A stretch of DNA of 64,000 nt from Desulfobacterales bacterium (GCA_963668645.2 CAXXWC010000013.1:160001-224000); one strand, 5' to 3'. Counted from the stretch's first letter, positions 1 to 11,109 are shown. A program made the numbers and translations. The notes: generated from the letters alone by a model not told the origin.

Positions 1-575
1 ACGACCGTATCCACGCGCCGCGGCCTGCCGTCCACATACTCGATGGTGACCTGGGATTTGCCGTCCGGCCGCAGGAAATCGAGGACTCCGGTTTTGCGCG
101 CCGCGGCCAGCCGTTGGGTCAGCTTGTGGGCGAACATGATCGGCATGGGCATCAATTCGGGGGTTTCGTCCGTGGCGTAGCCGAACATCAGGCCCTGGTC
201 ACCGGCCCCCTGCTCTTTGAAAAGTCCCTCCTGCGTATTGACTCCCTGGGCGATATCGGGCGACTGCTGGTCGATGCTGGTGGTGACGGCGCAGGTTTTA
301 TGATCGAATCCCATGTCCGAAGAGTCGTAGCCGATCTGTGCGATGGTGTCCCGGGCCACGCGGGGGATGTCGACGTAGCAGTCGGTGGTGATTTCCCCGC
401 CGATGAACACCATCCCGGTGGTCACCAGGGTCTCGCAGGCCACGCGGCTGCGGCGGTCCTGGGCCAGGATGGCATCCAGGACGCTGTCTGAAATGGCGTC
501 GGCCACCTTGTCGGGATGCCCTTCGGTCACCGATTCGGATGTAAACAAGTATGACGGCTTTTTTTGGGCTTTCAT
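1..575 (-). CDS. metK: S-adenosylmethionine synthetase (5' part; runs off the window start)
   Basis: Not in the ORF track. The reverse strand from ATG at 575 (RBS AAGGAG) reads [26 protein letters not shown]..., with GAGDQG and RPDGKSQVT motifs. Confidence 0.97.
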   Translation of the reverse strand, partial: MKAQKKPSYLFTSESVTEGHPDKVADAISDSVLDAILAQDRRSRVACETLVTTGMVFIGGEITTDCYVDIPRVARDTIAQIGYDSSDMGFDHKTCAVTTSIDQQSPDIAQGVNTQEGLFKEQGAGDQGLMFGYATDETPELMPMPIMFAHKLTQRLAAARKTGVLDFLRPDGKSQVTIEYVDGRPRRVDTV

Positions 576-603
576 CGATAGTCTCCTTTTCTGGTTGTTA
601 CGG

Positions 604-1371
604 TCAGGCAAGGCCTGCAAGCATATTGTCGGGGATGTCTTCGAGTTTGCGGCCGATAACGGCCCAATAGAAAAGCGGCCGGCCATCCTGGCACAACCGG
701 TGCCGGTAGCGGTGCTTGATCTGGATCTCGAACAGGTCGGCATCGGTGATCCGTTCGATGAGACAACGGAATCCCGAACAGTCCTTTGTGTCGATAAAAT
801 CTTCCTTGATGTTGAAGGCCACCCATCCGTTGGGGGCGATGTAATTGTAGCCGGCCGCGAAGGCTTGGGGCGGAATGTCGTCGAAACCGAGGGCCGCGAC
901 GACCGTCATGCAGTTGAAATCCCGGCGCTGCAGCGATTGATCCACTTCGGACGGCGGATCGGTCAGATCGATTACGTGGTAATCCTCATACAGTCCCGGC
1001 CGGTCGCGCACCGCAGCATCCCGAGCCTCTTCGATGATGTCGATGCCCACGATCGATTCGGCGCCCATGCCGACCAACTGCTCGGCCACCATCCCGTTGC
1101 CGGCGCCGATATCCAGCACCGAAAGCGCCTCTGTGTCTTCATCCGGCTCGCCCATCTGCTCCTGGAGCAGCGAACAGACCACTTCCGGGGAATTGCATTG
1201 GTAGCGCTCGTAGAAAAGGTGCTCGTAGAGCCCTGGGATTTCGTAGATCTTGTCGTAGTCGTGGAAAAGGATCTTCTCTTTGATCCCGTCGCGATCCACG
1301 ATGAAGTACTCCAGTCCCTGTTTGATCTTGTCCATCTCGGGGAAATGAATCACCATGCCTTCTGCTTCCAT
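604..1371 (-). CDS. Class I SAM-dependent methyltransferase
   Basis: VLDIGAGNG motif I and VGIDI motif II; start MEAEG at 1371 with RBS AAGGAGG; lies between ahcY and metK. Confidence 0.85.
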   Translation of the reverse strand: MEAEGMVIHFPEMDKIKQGLEYFIVDRDGIKEKILFHDYDKIYEIPGLYEHLFYERYQCNSPEVVCSLLQEQMGEPDEDTEALSVLDIGAGNGMVAEQLVGMGAESIVGIDIIEEARDAAVRDRPGLYEDYHVIDLTDPPSEVDQSLQRRDFNCMTVVAALGFDDIPPQAFAAGYNYIAPNGWVAFNIKEDFIDTKDCSGFRCLIERITDADLFEIQIKHRYRHRLCQDGRPLFYWAVIGRKLEDIPDNMLAGLA

Positions 1372-1384
1372 CGTCGACCTCCTT

Positions 1385-2809
1385 TCAATAGCGGTAATGT
1401 TCCGGTTTGTAGGGGCCGTCCGGCGGCACACCGATATAGTCGGCCTGGGACTGGGTTATGCGCGTCAGCCGGGCCCCCAAATGCGCCAGGTGCAGCCGGG
1501 CCACCTCCTCGTCAAGCCGCTTGCCCAGACGGTAGACCCCCACGGCCCGCTCCCGGTTGCGCCACAGGTCGATCTGGGCCAGGGTCTGGTTGGTGAACGA
1601 ACTGCTCATCACGAAGCTCGGATGCCCCGTGGCGCAGCCCAGGTTGACCAGCCTTCCTTCGGCCAGAAGATAGATCGCGTGCCCGTCGGCAAAGGTGAAC
1701 CGGTGCACCGGGCACTCGGCCCCCTTGATCTGCTCGACCCGGACCCCGGGCCAGGCCCGCAGTCTGCCCACCTGGATCTCGTTGTCGAAATGGCCGATGT
1801 TGCACACGATGGCCTGGTCCTTCATCTTGGCCATGTGCTCGGCGCGAATCACGTCGCAGTTGCCCGTGGTGGTCACATAGATGTCGGCCAGCGGCAGGGC
1901 GTCTTCCACCGTGCAGACCTTGAACCCGGCCATGCAGGCCTGCAGGGCGCAGATCGGGTCCACTTCGCTGACCAGCACCCGGGCCCGCTCGTTGCGCATG
2001 GCCTCGGCGCTGCCCTTGCCCACGTCCCCGTAGCCGCAGATCATCACCGTCTTGCCTGAAATGAGCACGTCCATGGCCCGCTTGATCCCGTCGGTGAGCG
2101 AGTGGCGGCACCCGTAGATGTTGTCGAACTTGGACTTGGTCACCGAGTCGTTGACGTTGATGGCCGGCACGAGCAGCTCGCCGCGCTCCATCATCTGGTA
2201 GAGCCGGTGCACCCCGGTGGTGGTCTCCTCCGAGACCCCCTTCCACCCGGCCACGTGGCGCTGCCAGAAGGCGGGATCTTCTTGCTGCAAATCCTTGAGC
2301 AGGCCGTTGATGATGGAAAGCTCCGGGTTGTCGGTGGGCACATCCAGGATCGCCGGGTCCTTTTCGGCGGAGTAGCCCCGGTGCATCAGCAAGGTGGCGT
2401 CCCCGCCGTCGTCCACGATCAGCTGGGGGCCGCTGCCGTCAGGCCAGGTCATGGCCTTGAGGGTGCACCACCAGTAGTCTTGCAGGGTTTCACCCTTCCA
2501 GGCGTAGACCGGAATGTTCCGGGCCGCGATGGCCGCGGCGGCCTGGTCCTGGGTGGAAAAGATGTTGCACGAGGCCCAGCGTACGCTGGCGCCCAGTTCG
2601 ACCAGGGTTTCGATGAGCACCGCGGTCTGGATCGTCATGTGCAAGCTGCCCATGACGCGCACCCCGGCCAGGGGTTTTTGCGGTCCGTACTTGGCCCGGG
2701 TGGCCATCAGGCCGGGCATTTCCTTTTCGGCAATCTCTATCTCCCGGCGGCCGGCCCCGGCCAGGGTGATGTCGGCGACCTTGTAGTCTTCTTTGCGAGC
2801 CATCAGCAT
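1385..2809 (-). CDS. ahcY: S-adenosyl-L-homocysteine hydrolase
   Basis: [46 protein letters not shown] and C-terminal [13 protein letters not shown] at 2809 with RBS AAGGAG. Confidence 0.98.
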   Translation of the reverse strand: MLMARKEDYKVADITLAGAGRREIEIAEKEMPGLMATRAKYGPQKPLAGVRVMGSLHMTIQTAVLIETLVELGASVRWASCNIFSTQDQAAAAIAARNIPVYAWKGETLQDYWWCTLKAMTWPDGSGPQLIVDDGGDATLLMHRGYSAEKDPAILDVPTDNPELSIINGLLKDLQQEDPAFWQRHVAGWKGVSEETTTGVHRLYQMMERGELLVPAINVNDSVTKSKFDNIYGCRHSLTDGIKRAMDVLISGKTVMICGYGDVGKGSAEAMRNERARVLVSEVDPICALQACMAGFKVCTVEDALPLADIYVTTTGNCDVIRAEHMAKMKDQAIVCNIGHFDNEIQVGRLRAWPGVRVEQIKGAECPVHRFTFADGHAIYLLAEGRLVNLGCATGHPSFVMSSSFTNQTLAQIDLWRNRERAVGVYRLGKRLDEEVARLHLAHLGARLTRITQSQADYIGVPPDGPYKPEHYRY

Positions 2810-3445
2810 GCAGCAAACTCCTTGATTCTGATTGTTAACGCCATGATTCCATCCCTGCCACAGGCTTTGAAACCGGACGCACCGCGGCAGAAAAGCGCTT
2901 TTGTGCGGCTTCATGCCTGCACCTAAAGCGGTCAATATATTTTAAACAACGGGTGCCTGTGCTTCGTGCGATCGGGCGTGGTCCCGGGTAATGTCTTCGT
3001 CGGATCGAGCAATCTCGACAAAAACCAATGCCTCAGAAAGGATCTCGGATGAAGAGACACGAGGCAGGTGAAACGGTAAGTGCGCGAACCGGGACGCTCA
3101 GGTCATTTTAATAGAATACGAACTGTTAGCAATTTAACCAAAAATGATCCTGAAAGATGCCCTGTGGCATTGTTAAAAGACTATATAATCTGTTTATAGA
3201 AGGTTTCATGCCACATCGCCAGGTCAGTTTCGTACTGACATTATTCGCATAGATAGTATCGACACGAACTATAGTCAAGATCTTTTTTTAAATACCTATT
3301 CAGGATAGAAAAAAAGTCCGGCAATTGCCGGTGAAGTGAGACGGAAGTGGTCGGCGGCGCCCCATACCGGCGAGCGCCGATTCTCGATGCATTATTGCGA
3401 GGCAAAGCCGGAAGTTGGGTATGGCGATAAGAACGGTGCGGCAAT

Positions 3446-4651
3446 TCAGGGTTCGATGGGCGGCGGGAGGAGACATTGGCCCCCGGGCAGGTTCCGGTCC
3501 GGTACCAGCAGCAGAAAGAGGGTTGCGGCGGCCATCAGGACCGTGCCCAGGGGGAAGGCGAAGCGCAGCGCAACCAGATCCATCATGATTCCGGCGACTA
3601 AAGATCCACAGAGCATCCCGAGGCTGTGCGCCATGGTGATCAGGCTCATCACCGATCCCATGGCATCCGCACGGTTTCCTTTGACCACGGCTACGGCCAT
3701 GAGGGCCGGCATGGAGATGCCGCCGCCCAGGCCCACCAGGATGCTGGCCAAGAACAGGGCCGCCTGAGAGGTGGCGGGGTAAAAAAGAAACATCCCGCTG
3801 CCGATGAGGATGCCCCCCACGATCATCATCGGGCGTTTGCCCACCCGGTCGGCCGCAAAGCCCATGGGCAGGTGCATCAACCCGCTGATAAATACGCCGA
3901 GGACCACCAGAACGCCGATGGCCATGCTGGACAGGCCGAAATCGCGGTCGGCCAGCACCGGCAGGAAGCCCCACATGATCCCGATGCAGGCTGCGTAAGC
4001 CCAGCGGAAGATAAAAAGGCCGCTGATTCCCCGGTCGGCGATGAGCCCGCGCCAAGGCGCCGCGGGGCGGGACCGCTGCATGGCATGTTCACGGGCCGTG
4101 GGGGGCAGAAAAATCATGGAAAAAATAAAGCTGGCCAGCGATAGCAGGCCCATGGCGCAAAAGGCGCCTGCGAGACTGAAGCGGTCCTTGATCAGCCCGC
4201 CGAGAACCGGGCCGAGGCTCAGCCCCAGGAACATGGCCATGTTGAACAGCCCCATGGTGACGCCTTCGCGCCCCTCAGGGGTGATGTCGCCGGCATAAGC
4301 CTGGATCACCGGCATCATCATGGCCGAGGCGATGCCCTGGACAAAGCGGATGGTGATCAGGCCGCCGACACTGTTCGAGAGTATAAAGGCCAGGGAGATC
4401 ACCGCATAGGCCGCCAGGCCAGCCAGGATAAAGGGGCGCCGGCCGCGGCGGTCCGACCAGCGGCCGAAATATGGCAGCAGTACGGTGCGTGAAAGGGAGA
4501 AGGCCCCGAAGATCAGGCCGATATACAGACCGCCGGCTCCCAGGGAATGGGCGTAGACCGGCAGCAGGGGGACCACGATGCCCACCCCGGTAACGACGGT
4601 GAAAAGCGCAAAGAAAAGCGTAGCGAAGACTTTAAGATCGAAACGGGCCAT
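3446..4651 (-). CDS. MFS transporter (DHA1/TetA-like)
   Basis: About 12 hydrophobic segments; motif A in both halves (GRWSDRRGRR, GFAADRVGKR). Confidence 0.9.
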   Translation of the reverse strand: MARFDLKVFATLFFALFTVVTGVGIVVPLLPVYAHSLGAGGLYIGLIFGAFSLSRTVLLPYFGRWSDRRGRRPFILAGLAAYAVISLAFILSNSVGGLITIRFVQGIASAMMMPVIQAYAGDITPEGREGVTMGLFNMAMFLGLSLGPVLGGLIKDRFSLAGAFCAMGLLSLASFIFSMIFLPPTAREHAMQRSRPAAPWRGLIADRGISGLFIFRWAYAACIGIMWGFLPVLADRDFGLSSMAIGVLVVLGVFISGLMHLPMGFAADRVGKRPMMIVGGILIGSGMFLFYPATSQAALFLASILVGLGGGISMPALMAVAVVKGNRADAMGSVMSLITMAHSLGMLCGSLVAGIMMDLVALRFAFPLGTVLMAAATLFLLLVPDRNLPGGQCLLPPPIEP

Positions 4652-4737
4652 CCGCGGCTTTTAACACCCTGGCTCCGGTTGGGCAAGCCGGGGTTATAAC
4701 GGGGGCAATTCTCGGTAAAATGCAAAATGTGTCGGGT

Positions 4738-5553
4738 TCAGACCAGCAAAGCCGCCAGGCCGACCAGGGCACAGTAGGGGGCGAAGAGATGGAGCCGGCC
4801 CCGGCGTACGATCATGACCAGCATCCACAGGGCGCTGTAGCCCACCAGGGCCGAAACCGCCGTTCCCAGGACCACGAGGTCCAGCGGGATGTTGCCGCTG
4901 ATCAGGTCTTTGGCCGATAGCAGGGCTGCGCCACAAATGGCCGGAATGCTAAGTAGAAATGAAAAGCGGGCCGCCGTGTCGCGGCTCAGCCCCAGAATCA
5001 GGCCCAGCGCGATGGTGGCCCCGGAACGTGAAATGCCCGGAATGATGGCCACCCCCTGGATCGTGCCGATGGCCATGGCCGCCAGGGCGCCGAAGTCCAT
5101 GGCGGTGCGGTTGCGCTGCGGGCTCCAGCGGGTGGCCAGCAGCAGGCCGGTGGTGATCAGCAGGGCCAGGCCCACCAGGCGGATGGAGGAAAAAAGCCGG
5201 TCGGCCACCTCGTGAAAGACCAGTCCGATGATTGCCGTGGGAATCGAGCCGATGACGATCAAGGCGGCCAGCTTCAGGTTCGGATCCTGCCACAGCTCCC
5301 CGACACTGGCGCGCCGGCCGAGCCAGCGGCCGGCAAAACCGAAAACAGCCCCGATCAGGGCCGCCACATCCTTGCGAAAGAAGACCAGCACCGCCGCCAG
5401 GGTGCCCACGTGGACCGCCACATCGAAGACCAGGGCCGGTTCGGTGAGGCCGAAAAGGTGCTGCAGCAAGACCAGGTGCCCCGAGCTGCTGACCGGTAAA
5501 AATTCGGTCAGCCCCTGCACGATCCCCAAAACGATTGCCTGAAAAGGTTGCAT
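4738..5553 (-). CDS. uppP: Undecaprenyl-diphosphate phosphatase
   Basis: GIVQGLTEFLPVSSSGH and PGISRSGAT motifs. The start may instead be TTG at 5562. Confidence 0.96.
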   Translation of the reverse strand: MQPFQAIVLGIVQGLTEFLPVSSSGHLVLLQHLFGLTEPALVFDVAVHVGTLAAVLVFFRKDVAALIGAVFGFAGRWLGRRASVGELWQDPNLKLAALIVIGSIPTAIIGLVFHEVADRLFSSIRLVGLALLITTGLLLATRWSPQRNRTAMDFGALAAMAIGTIQGVAIIPGISRSGATIALGLILGLSRDTAARFSFLLSIPAICGAALLSAKDLISGNIPLDLVVLGTAVSALVGYSALWMLVMIVRRGRLHLFAPYCALVGLAALLV

Positions 5554-5562
5554 CGTGTTCAA

Positions 5563-6996
5563 CTATCCTTTAACCACCGCCATGGGCCGCAACCGCGCCA
5601 CCTTGCGCGATATGCCGGCCCCATGGACCACGTCCACCACCTGCGAGACGTCCTTGTACGCCTCGGGCATCTCTTCGGCCAGGGTCGCGCGGCCGGTCCA
5701 GCGCACCAGGATGCCCCGGTCGGCCAGTTCCCGGTAAATGGCGCGGCCCCTGCTTTTTTTCTTGGCCGCCGTGCGGCTCAGGACCCGCCCGGCCCCGTGG
5801 CAGGTGGAACCGAAGGTCTCGGCCATGGCACCCTCGGTGCCCACCAGGACATAGGAGGCCGTGCCCATGTCGCCGGGGATGATCACCGGTTGGCCGATTC
5901 TGCGAAATTCCGGCCCCAATTCCTTGCGGCCCGGGGCAAAGGCCCGTGTGGCGCCCTTGCGATGGACACAAACCCGCTGCGGCCGTCCCTCGACCGTGTG
6001 GACCTCCTCTTTGGCGATGTTGTGGCATACATCATAAAGCAGGCGCATGGCCATGGCCGCCGGCCCCTTGCCGAAGACCCGGCCCAGCACTTCGCGGCAG
6101 CGGTGCATCAGGATCTGGCGGTTGGCCCAGGCGTAGTTGGCTGCGCAGGCCATGGCCGCCAGGTAGCGTTGCCCCGTGGGCGACTGGATCGGCGTGCAGA
6201 CCAGCTGCCGATCGGGCAGATCGATTCCCGTCTGGTGCGCCTGGCGGTTCATCTCGGCTAAAAAGTCGTCGCAGACCTGGTAGCCGAACCCACGGGACCC
6301 GCTGTGGAGCATCACCGTCACCTGGGATACAAACAAGCCGAAGGCCTCGGCCACGGCCTCGTCGTAGATTTCGTCCACCACCCCCACCTCGACGAAATGA
6401 TTCCCCGAGCCGAGGGTGCCGAGCTGTTTGCGGCCCCGCTCCAGGGCGCGTTCGCCCAGCGCCTCGGGATCGGCTCCGGCCATGCAGCCCCCGTCCTCGG
6501 TGCGGGCCAGATCATCGTCACTGCCCAGTCCCTGGGCCACGGCCCAACGGCTTCCCTGGCGCAGGACCTGTTTTTCTTCGGCCACCGAAAGGTGGATCGG
6601 TCCGATGGACCCCACCCCGCAGGGAATGCGGCGATACAGGGCATCGGCCAGGTTTTCAAGCCGCGGGCGCACCTCTTCTTCGGTCAGCGCCGTGGTGGCC
6701 AGGCGCACCCCGCAGTTGATGTCGTAGCCCACCCCGCCGGGCGAGACCACCCCTTCGTCCCAGTCGAAGGCCGCCACCCCGCCGATGGGAAAACCGTAGC
6801 CCCAGTGCATGTCCGGCATGGCCAAAGAGGCACCCACGATTCCCGGCAGGCTTGCCACGTTGGCCACCTGCTGCATCGCTTCGTCCTGGCGCAGATCTTC
6901 CAGCAACGCCTCGCTGAGATAAACCCGGCCGGGAACCCGCATGCTCCCGCTGCGGGGAATCTCCCAGCGAAAGGCGTCGAGCTTGCGGATTTCCAT
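5563..6996 (-). CDS. rtcB: RtcB RNA ligase (archaeal-type)
   Basis: MPDMHWGYGFPIGGV, GVGYDINCG, GTLGSGNHF, HSGSRG, HRKGAT and STCHGAGR motifs; ATG at 6996 with AAGGAGG. Confidence 0.96.
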   Translation of the reverse strand: MEIRKLDAFRWEIPRSGSMRVPGRVYLSEALLEDLRQDEAMQQVANVASLPGIVGASLAMPDMHWGYGFPIGGVAAFDWDEGVVSPGGVGYDINCGVRLATTALTEEEVRPRLENLADALYRRIPCGVGSIGPIHLSVAEEKQVLRQGSRWAVAQGLGSDDDLARTEDGGCMAGADPEALGERALERGRKQLGTLGSGNHFVEVGVVDEIYDEAVAEAFGLFVSQVTVMLHSGSRGFGYQVCDDFLAEMNRQAHQTGIDLPDRQLVCTPIQSPTGQRYLAAMACAANYAWANRQILMHRCREVLGRVFGKGPAAMAMRLLYDVCHNIAKEEVHTVEGRPQRVCVHRKGATRAFAPGRKELGPEFRRIGQPVIIPGDMGTASYVLVGTEGAMAETFGSTCHGAGRVLSRTAAKKKSRGRAIYRELADRGILVRWTGRATLAEEMPEAYKDVSQVVDVVHGAGISRKVARLRPMAVVKG

Positions 6997-7040
6997 AACG
7001 GCCTCCTTAATGAGTGACAAATCGGCGATCAGCCCCAGGA

Positions 7041-7457
7041 TCACAGATCCAAGATTACCCGCGCTTGCCATCCTTCGGCGCCGGCCGCCACCCGTGCCTG
7101 GTGGTAGGTCACGGCCTTGATTTCGTGGCCAACAACGTGGCGCCGGCCGTCGACCCGATCGCAAGCCAGGCGGGCGGCAATCTGTCGCGGGTCAAGCCGG
7201 GTAATGGTGATCTGGCGCACCAGCAGGTCCCGCCCGTTGAACAGGTAGAGCAGTTCGCGCAGCCAGTTGACCATCAGATCGGTCCAGTCCGCACCTTGCA
7301 CGCTTATCTCACAGGCCATACGGTCGCAAGGGCCTTTGGCCGTGGCCAGCAGATCGCACAGGGCCCGGGCCGCTTCGATAAACAGGGCCTGCGCATCCGG
7401 CGCCGTTACCTCGATTCCGGCATCGGCGGTATGCTCGATGAGCCGGTAGGCGTTCAC
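7041..7457 (-). CDS. Archease (RtcB activator)
   Basis: EHTADAGI, WLRELLY and EIKAVTYH motifs; GTG start overlaps the upstream TGA. Confidence 0.93.
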   Translation of the reverse strand: MNAYRLIEHTADAGIEVTAPDAQALFIEAARALCDLLATAKGPCDRMACEISVQGADWTDLMVNWLRELLYLFNGRDLLVRQITITRLDPRQIAARLACDRVDGRRHVVGHEIKAVTYHQARVAAGAEGWQARVILDL

Positions 7458-9394
7458 GGGATGGAAATTTCCTCTCCGGTGCGGGCCGTGCTGTACCCGC
7501 CCAGGGCTTCCACTTGCCGCTGAAAGGCCTCGCTGCGGAGGGTTTCCAGTAAGATTGCGATGGGCCGGCTGTGGAAAAAAGCTTCGGGGATGCAAAGGTC
7601 GTACTGCTCGGTGACCACCGGAATGAAATCCAGATCCAGGGCCCGGGCCGCGGCGTAGATGCCCAACCCCACGTCGGCCGTTCCCCCCAGCACGGCCACG
7701 GCCACGGCCATATGGGTGAACTCTTCGTCGCTATAGCCCCGGATCGCGGACGGATCGATGCCGAGCTGGCCCAGGCGATAGTCGAGCAGGATGCGGGTTC
7801 CCGAACCGCTCTGGCGGTTGATGAAGGTCAGCTCCGGGCGGCACAGATCCTCGATGCTGCGGATTTTTTGGGGATTGCCCCTGGGGACGATCAATCCCTG
7901 GTCGCGCATCACCAGATGCACCAGGCGCACCGGGATGCCGGCCAGGTAGCGTTGGATATAGGACACGTTGTAGCCGCCGGTGCGGGTGTCGAGCAGGTGG
8001 GTGCCGGCCACGTGACATACCCCGCGTTTGATGGCCATCAGGCCACCCATGGATCCCACGTGGCTGGAACTCAGGGTCAGGTCCCCGTGGTCGATGCGGA
8101 TCCGGTCGGCCAGAAGATCCAGGGTGTTGTCGTGGCTGCCCACCACCACGATGGTGTTGTGCACCGACTCGACCGGGCGCAGCAGCTCGGCGGTCACCGG
8201 CTTGTCCGCGTCGAGGCCTTCGCTGTGGTTGGGAATGCGGATGATACCGTGGGCCTCGGTAATCGAGGTGATGGCCCCGGCCCCCCGGGGCAGGGGGGTG
8301 GCCACCACCCGGTCGCCCACCTGGCCGAGCTTGACGCGCACGAACTCTTCGACCCCCAGCTTGGAGGGGATCTTGCGGGTGGGAACCACCGTCAAGGTGG
8401 GCCGCGCCGTGGGCGGCTGGGCCAGCATGGACTGGATCAGGGGGACGACGAACTGCTCGAAGGCGATGATGGCCGATACGGGGTAGCCGGGAATCCCGAT
8501 GACCGGCTTGCCGGTCACCCGGCCGATGAGCACCGGCTTTCCCGGCATGATGGTCACTCCGTGGACCAAAACCTCGCCCAGGGCCGAGACCACGGTCTTG
8601 GCGTAATCGGCCGAGCCGGCCGAGGATCCGCCCACCGTGAGGATCAGGTCGATATCCGAATCCGGGGCCGCCGCGCCGCCCACCACCCCCTGGATGAGGG
8701 CCGGATCGTCCACCAAGCGGTCGTGGCGCACCGGTTCACCCCCCCACTCGGAAACCAGGGCCGCCAGCACGTAGGCGTTGGATTCGAGGACCTGGCCCGG
8801 TTCGAGCACCGGTTCTTGCGGGCCGCGCCAGTCCACCAGCTCCGAACCGGTGGGCACGATCAGCACCCGGGGCCGTTTGCGCACCGGCACCTGGAAGACC
8901 CCGCCGGAGATCAGCGCGCCGACGCAGTAGGGCGTGACCTTGTGGTGGCGGGCGAAAAGCAGCTCGGTGGCCACGATGTCCTCGCCCATCTTGCGCACGT
9001 ACTGCCAGGGAAAGGCCGGGGCGTGGATCTCGATGGTGGTCTCGTCGATGGGTTGGACCTGCTCGATCATGATCACCGCATCGAAGCCCTCAGGCATCAC
9101 GTGGCCGGTGTTGACGTGGACCGCGTCCGTGCCCAGGGCAAGACGCCGGGGCCGGGTTTCACTCGTGCCGAAAGTCGCCGCGGCCCGCACGGCCACCCCG
9201 TCCATGGCCGCCGCATGGAATCCGGGAGAAGAGCGCCGGGCAAATACCGGTGCGGCCAGCACCCTGCCCACCGCCTCTGGGGGCGCCACGGTTTCCACCG
9301 GCCAATGGGGCGGTTCGGGAAACAGGTTTGTGATCAGGTCCCGGGCCTCGGTCAGGGACTTTTTCTTCAGATAAATGTTGCGCTTGAAATCCAT
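7454..9394 (-). CDS. moeA: Molybdopterin biosynthesis MoeA fused to a PBP (substrate-binding) domain
   Basis: AAMDGVAV, TGSEL, GGSSAG and PGKP motifs in the N-terminal part; C-terminal VGSHD...GSMGGL...FINRQSGSGTR PBP-like domain; TGATG coupling to the upstream moeA. Confidence 0.93.
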   Translation of the reverse strand: MDFKRNIYLKKKSLTEARDLITNLFPEPPHWPVETVAPPEAVGRVLAAPVFARRSSPGFHAAAMDGVAVRAAATFGTSETRPRRLALGTDAVHVNTGHVMPEGFDAVIMIEQVQPIDETTIEIHAPAFPWQYVRKMGEDIVATELLFARHHKVTPYCVGALISGGVFQVPVRKRPRVLIVPTGSELVDWRGPQEPVLEPGQVLESNAYVLAALVSEWGGEPVRHDRLVDDPALIQGVVGGAAAPDSDIDLILTVGGSSAGSADYAKTVVSALGEVLVHGVTIMPGKPVLIGRVTGKPVIGIPGYPVSAIIAFEQFVVPLIQSMLAQPPTARPTLTVVPTRKIPSKLGVEEFVRVKLGQVGDRVVATPLPRGAGAITSITEAHGIIRIPNHSEGLDADKPVTAELLRPVESVHNTIVVVGSHDNTLDLLADRIRIDHGDLTLSSSHVGSMGGLMAIKRGVCHVAGTHLLDTRTGGYNVSYIQRYLAGIPVRLVHLVMRDQGLIVPRGNPQKIRSIEDLCRPELTFINRQSGSGTRILLDYRLGQLGIDPSAIRGYSDEEFTHMAVAVAVLGGTADVGLGIYAAARALDLDFIPVVTEQYDLCIPEAFFHSRPIAILLETLRSEAFQRQVEALGGYSTARTGEEISIP

Positions 9395-10644
9395 CACATC
9401 TCCCATTGAAAGGAACCGGCGTTAAAAAGACGCACCGCCACAGGTTCGCCCTGTTCCATTCCTTCGGTGTTCATGTCGATGGCAATCAGTCCATCGGCCT
9501 GAGTCATGGTGCGGATCAGACCGGATTTGCCCAGGATCGGCTCGGCCCAGGTTTTTCCCTGGCGGTTGACCAGGCGTACCCTGACGAAATCGACCCGCCC
9601 CGCCGCCGATTCGATGTTGCGGCTCAACAGCGCCGGAATCGGTGGGCGGCTTTTGTCCGCAGCCCCGCAAAGCCTGTCGAGAAAGGGGCGTACCACGGCG
9701 CTGAACACCACCATGGCCGAAGTGACATGGCCGGGCAAGCCCCAGACCGGCTTGGGGCCGCAGAAAGCCAGGATGGTCGGTTTACCCGGACTGATGGTGA
9801 TGCCGTGGACCCGGATCTGGGCCTCGTCCAGGCTGGTGAAGGCTTCTACCGTGTAGTCGCGCATGCCCACCGAGCTGCCCCCCGAGACCAGAAGCATGTC
9901 GGTTTCGGCCACCGCCTGGCGGCAGACCGCCTTGAGCTTGCCGGGCTGGTCGGCCACGATGCCATAGCTTTTGGGCACCGCACCGGCCTGCCGGACAAGA
10001 TCCGAGAGGGTGTAGGTATTCATGTCGCGGATCTGGCCGGGTGCCGGATTTCTGTCCACAGGCACGATTTCGTCGCCGGTGGAGACGATGCCCACCGTGG
10101 GCCGGGTATAAACCTTGACCGCGGTGCGGCCCAGGGCCGCCAGGATTCCCGCGTCCTGGGGGCGCATGCGGTGCCCGGCGGGCAGGGCGGTCTCGCCCTG
10201 GGCCAGGTCTTCACCGGCTTCGATAACGTGCTGGCCCGGAGCGACGCTGCGGTAGACTTCAATGGTGGTCTCGTCCAGGATGCCGCTATGCTCGACCATG
10301 ACCACGGCGTCGGCGCCGGGGGGGAGCATCCCACCGGTGGCGATTTGCATGGCCTCACCGGGGCCGACGGCCGGGGACGGGACTTGTCCCATGGCCACCT
10401 TGCCGACCACCTCGATATAGGCCGGGTTGGCTTCCGAGGCCCCGAAGGTGCTGGCCGCGGCCACTGCATAGCCGTCCATGGTGGTGCGGGCAAAGGGCGG
10501 AACCGGGGTGTCTGCGGTTATCGGTTCGGCCAGCACCCGGCCCAGGATTCGGTCCAAAGGGCAGGGTTCCACGGCCACCGGCCGTACTTGCCCGGCCAGC
10601 GCCAGGACCTCGGCCAGTTCGGTCACCTTGAAAAACGGTTTCAT
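9394..10644 (-). CDS. moeA: Molybdopterin molybdotransferase MoeA (gephyrin-like)
   Basis: TMDGYAV, IATGGMLPPGADAVVMVE, STGDE, SGGSSVG and PGKPT motifs. Confidence 0.95.
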   Translation of the reverse strand: MKPFFKVTELAEVLALAGQVRPVAVEPCPLDRILGRVLAEPITADTPVPPFARTTMDGYAVAAASTFGASEANPAYIEVVGKVAMGQVPSPAVGPGEAMQIATGGMLPPGADAVVMVEHSGILDETTIEVYRSVAPGQHVIEAGEDLAQGETALPAGHRMRPQDAGILAALGRTAVKVYTRPTVGIVSTGDEIVPVDRNPAPGQIRDMNTYTLSDLVRQAGAVPKSYGIVADQPGKLKAVCRQAVAETDMLLVSGGSSVGMRDYTVEAFTSLDEAQIRVHGITISPGKPTILAFCGPKPVWGLPGHVTSAMVVFSAVVRPFLDRLCGAADKSRPPIPALLSRNIESAAGRVDFVRVRLVNRQGKTWAEPILGKSGLIRTMTQADGLIAIDMNTEGMEQGEPVAVRLFNAGSFQWEM

Positions 10645-11109
10645 CCATCCGCCTCGATTCGTTTTGGCGATTCATTACGGGCATCCCGATGGTTTGGAAT
10701 ATACTACAGGCTCCCGGGCCTCTCAACCCAATCGGATCGGAAACGGGCGGACCGGATCGGCAGCCGCATCCAGGGAATCTTCAACGAACACCAGGTGGCA
10801 TGGCCGGACTTGTCCGGCGTTCCAACCCGGCCGTGGCCCGCAATGGCGCCGTTGGCCTAAGGTAATTGGCCTGCTTATATGATTCAATGCCTAGGATAAT
10901 CCCTTGGGGCGATTGTCGGTGATTCGTTCGCTTTTGGTTTTGCATCAGCTATCCATTGGAAGCGATGCTAAAAGTATCGAAGGCGTTTTGCAGGTTGCAG
11001 ATGATGGGCAGGTGCGCCATTTGACGCTTGCAATTCTAACTTGCCGGGGATATCCAGCTTCGGTGGCTCGCAAAGGGATTGAGTCCCTGGTATTGGCAGA
11101 ATTCTATTA

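Noticed and set aside
385..1596. 403-aa plus-strand ORF and similar long antisense ORFs (e.g. 7571-9409, 9406-10860, 29257-30954, 42376-43920, 54617-56860)
   Set aside because: Shadow ORFs opposite well-supported genes in GC-rich DNA; no recognisable motifs.
2810..3300. SAM-I or SAH riboswitch upstream of ahcY
   Set aside because: Only a fragmentary resemblance (CTCTTCATCCGAGA); the conserved cores could not be found, so it is not called as a feature.
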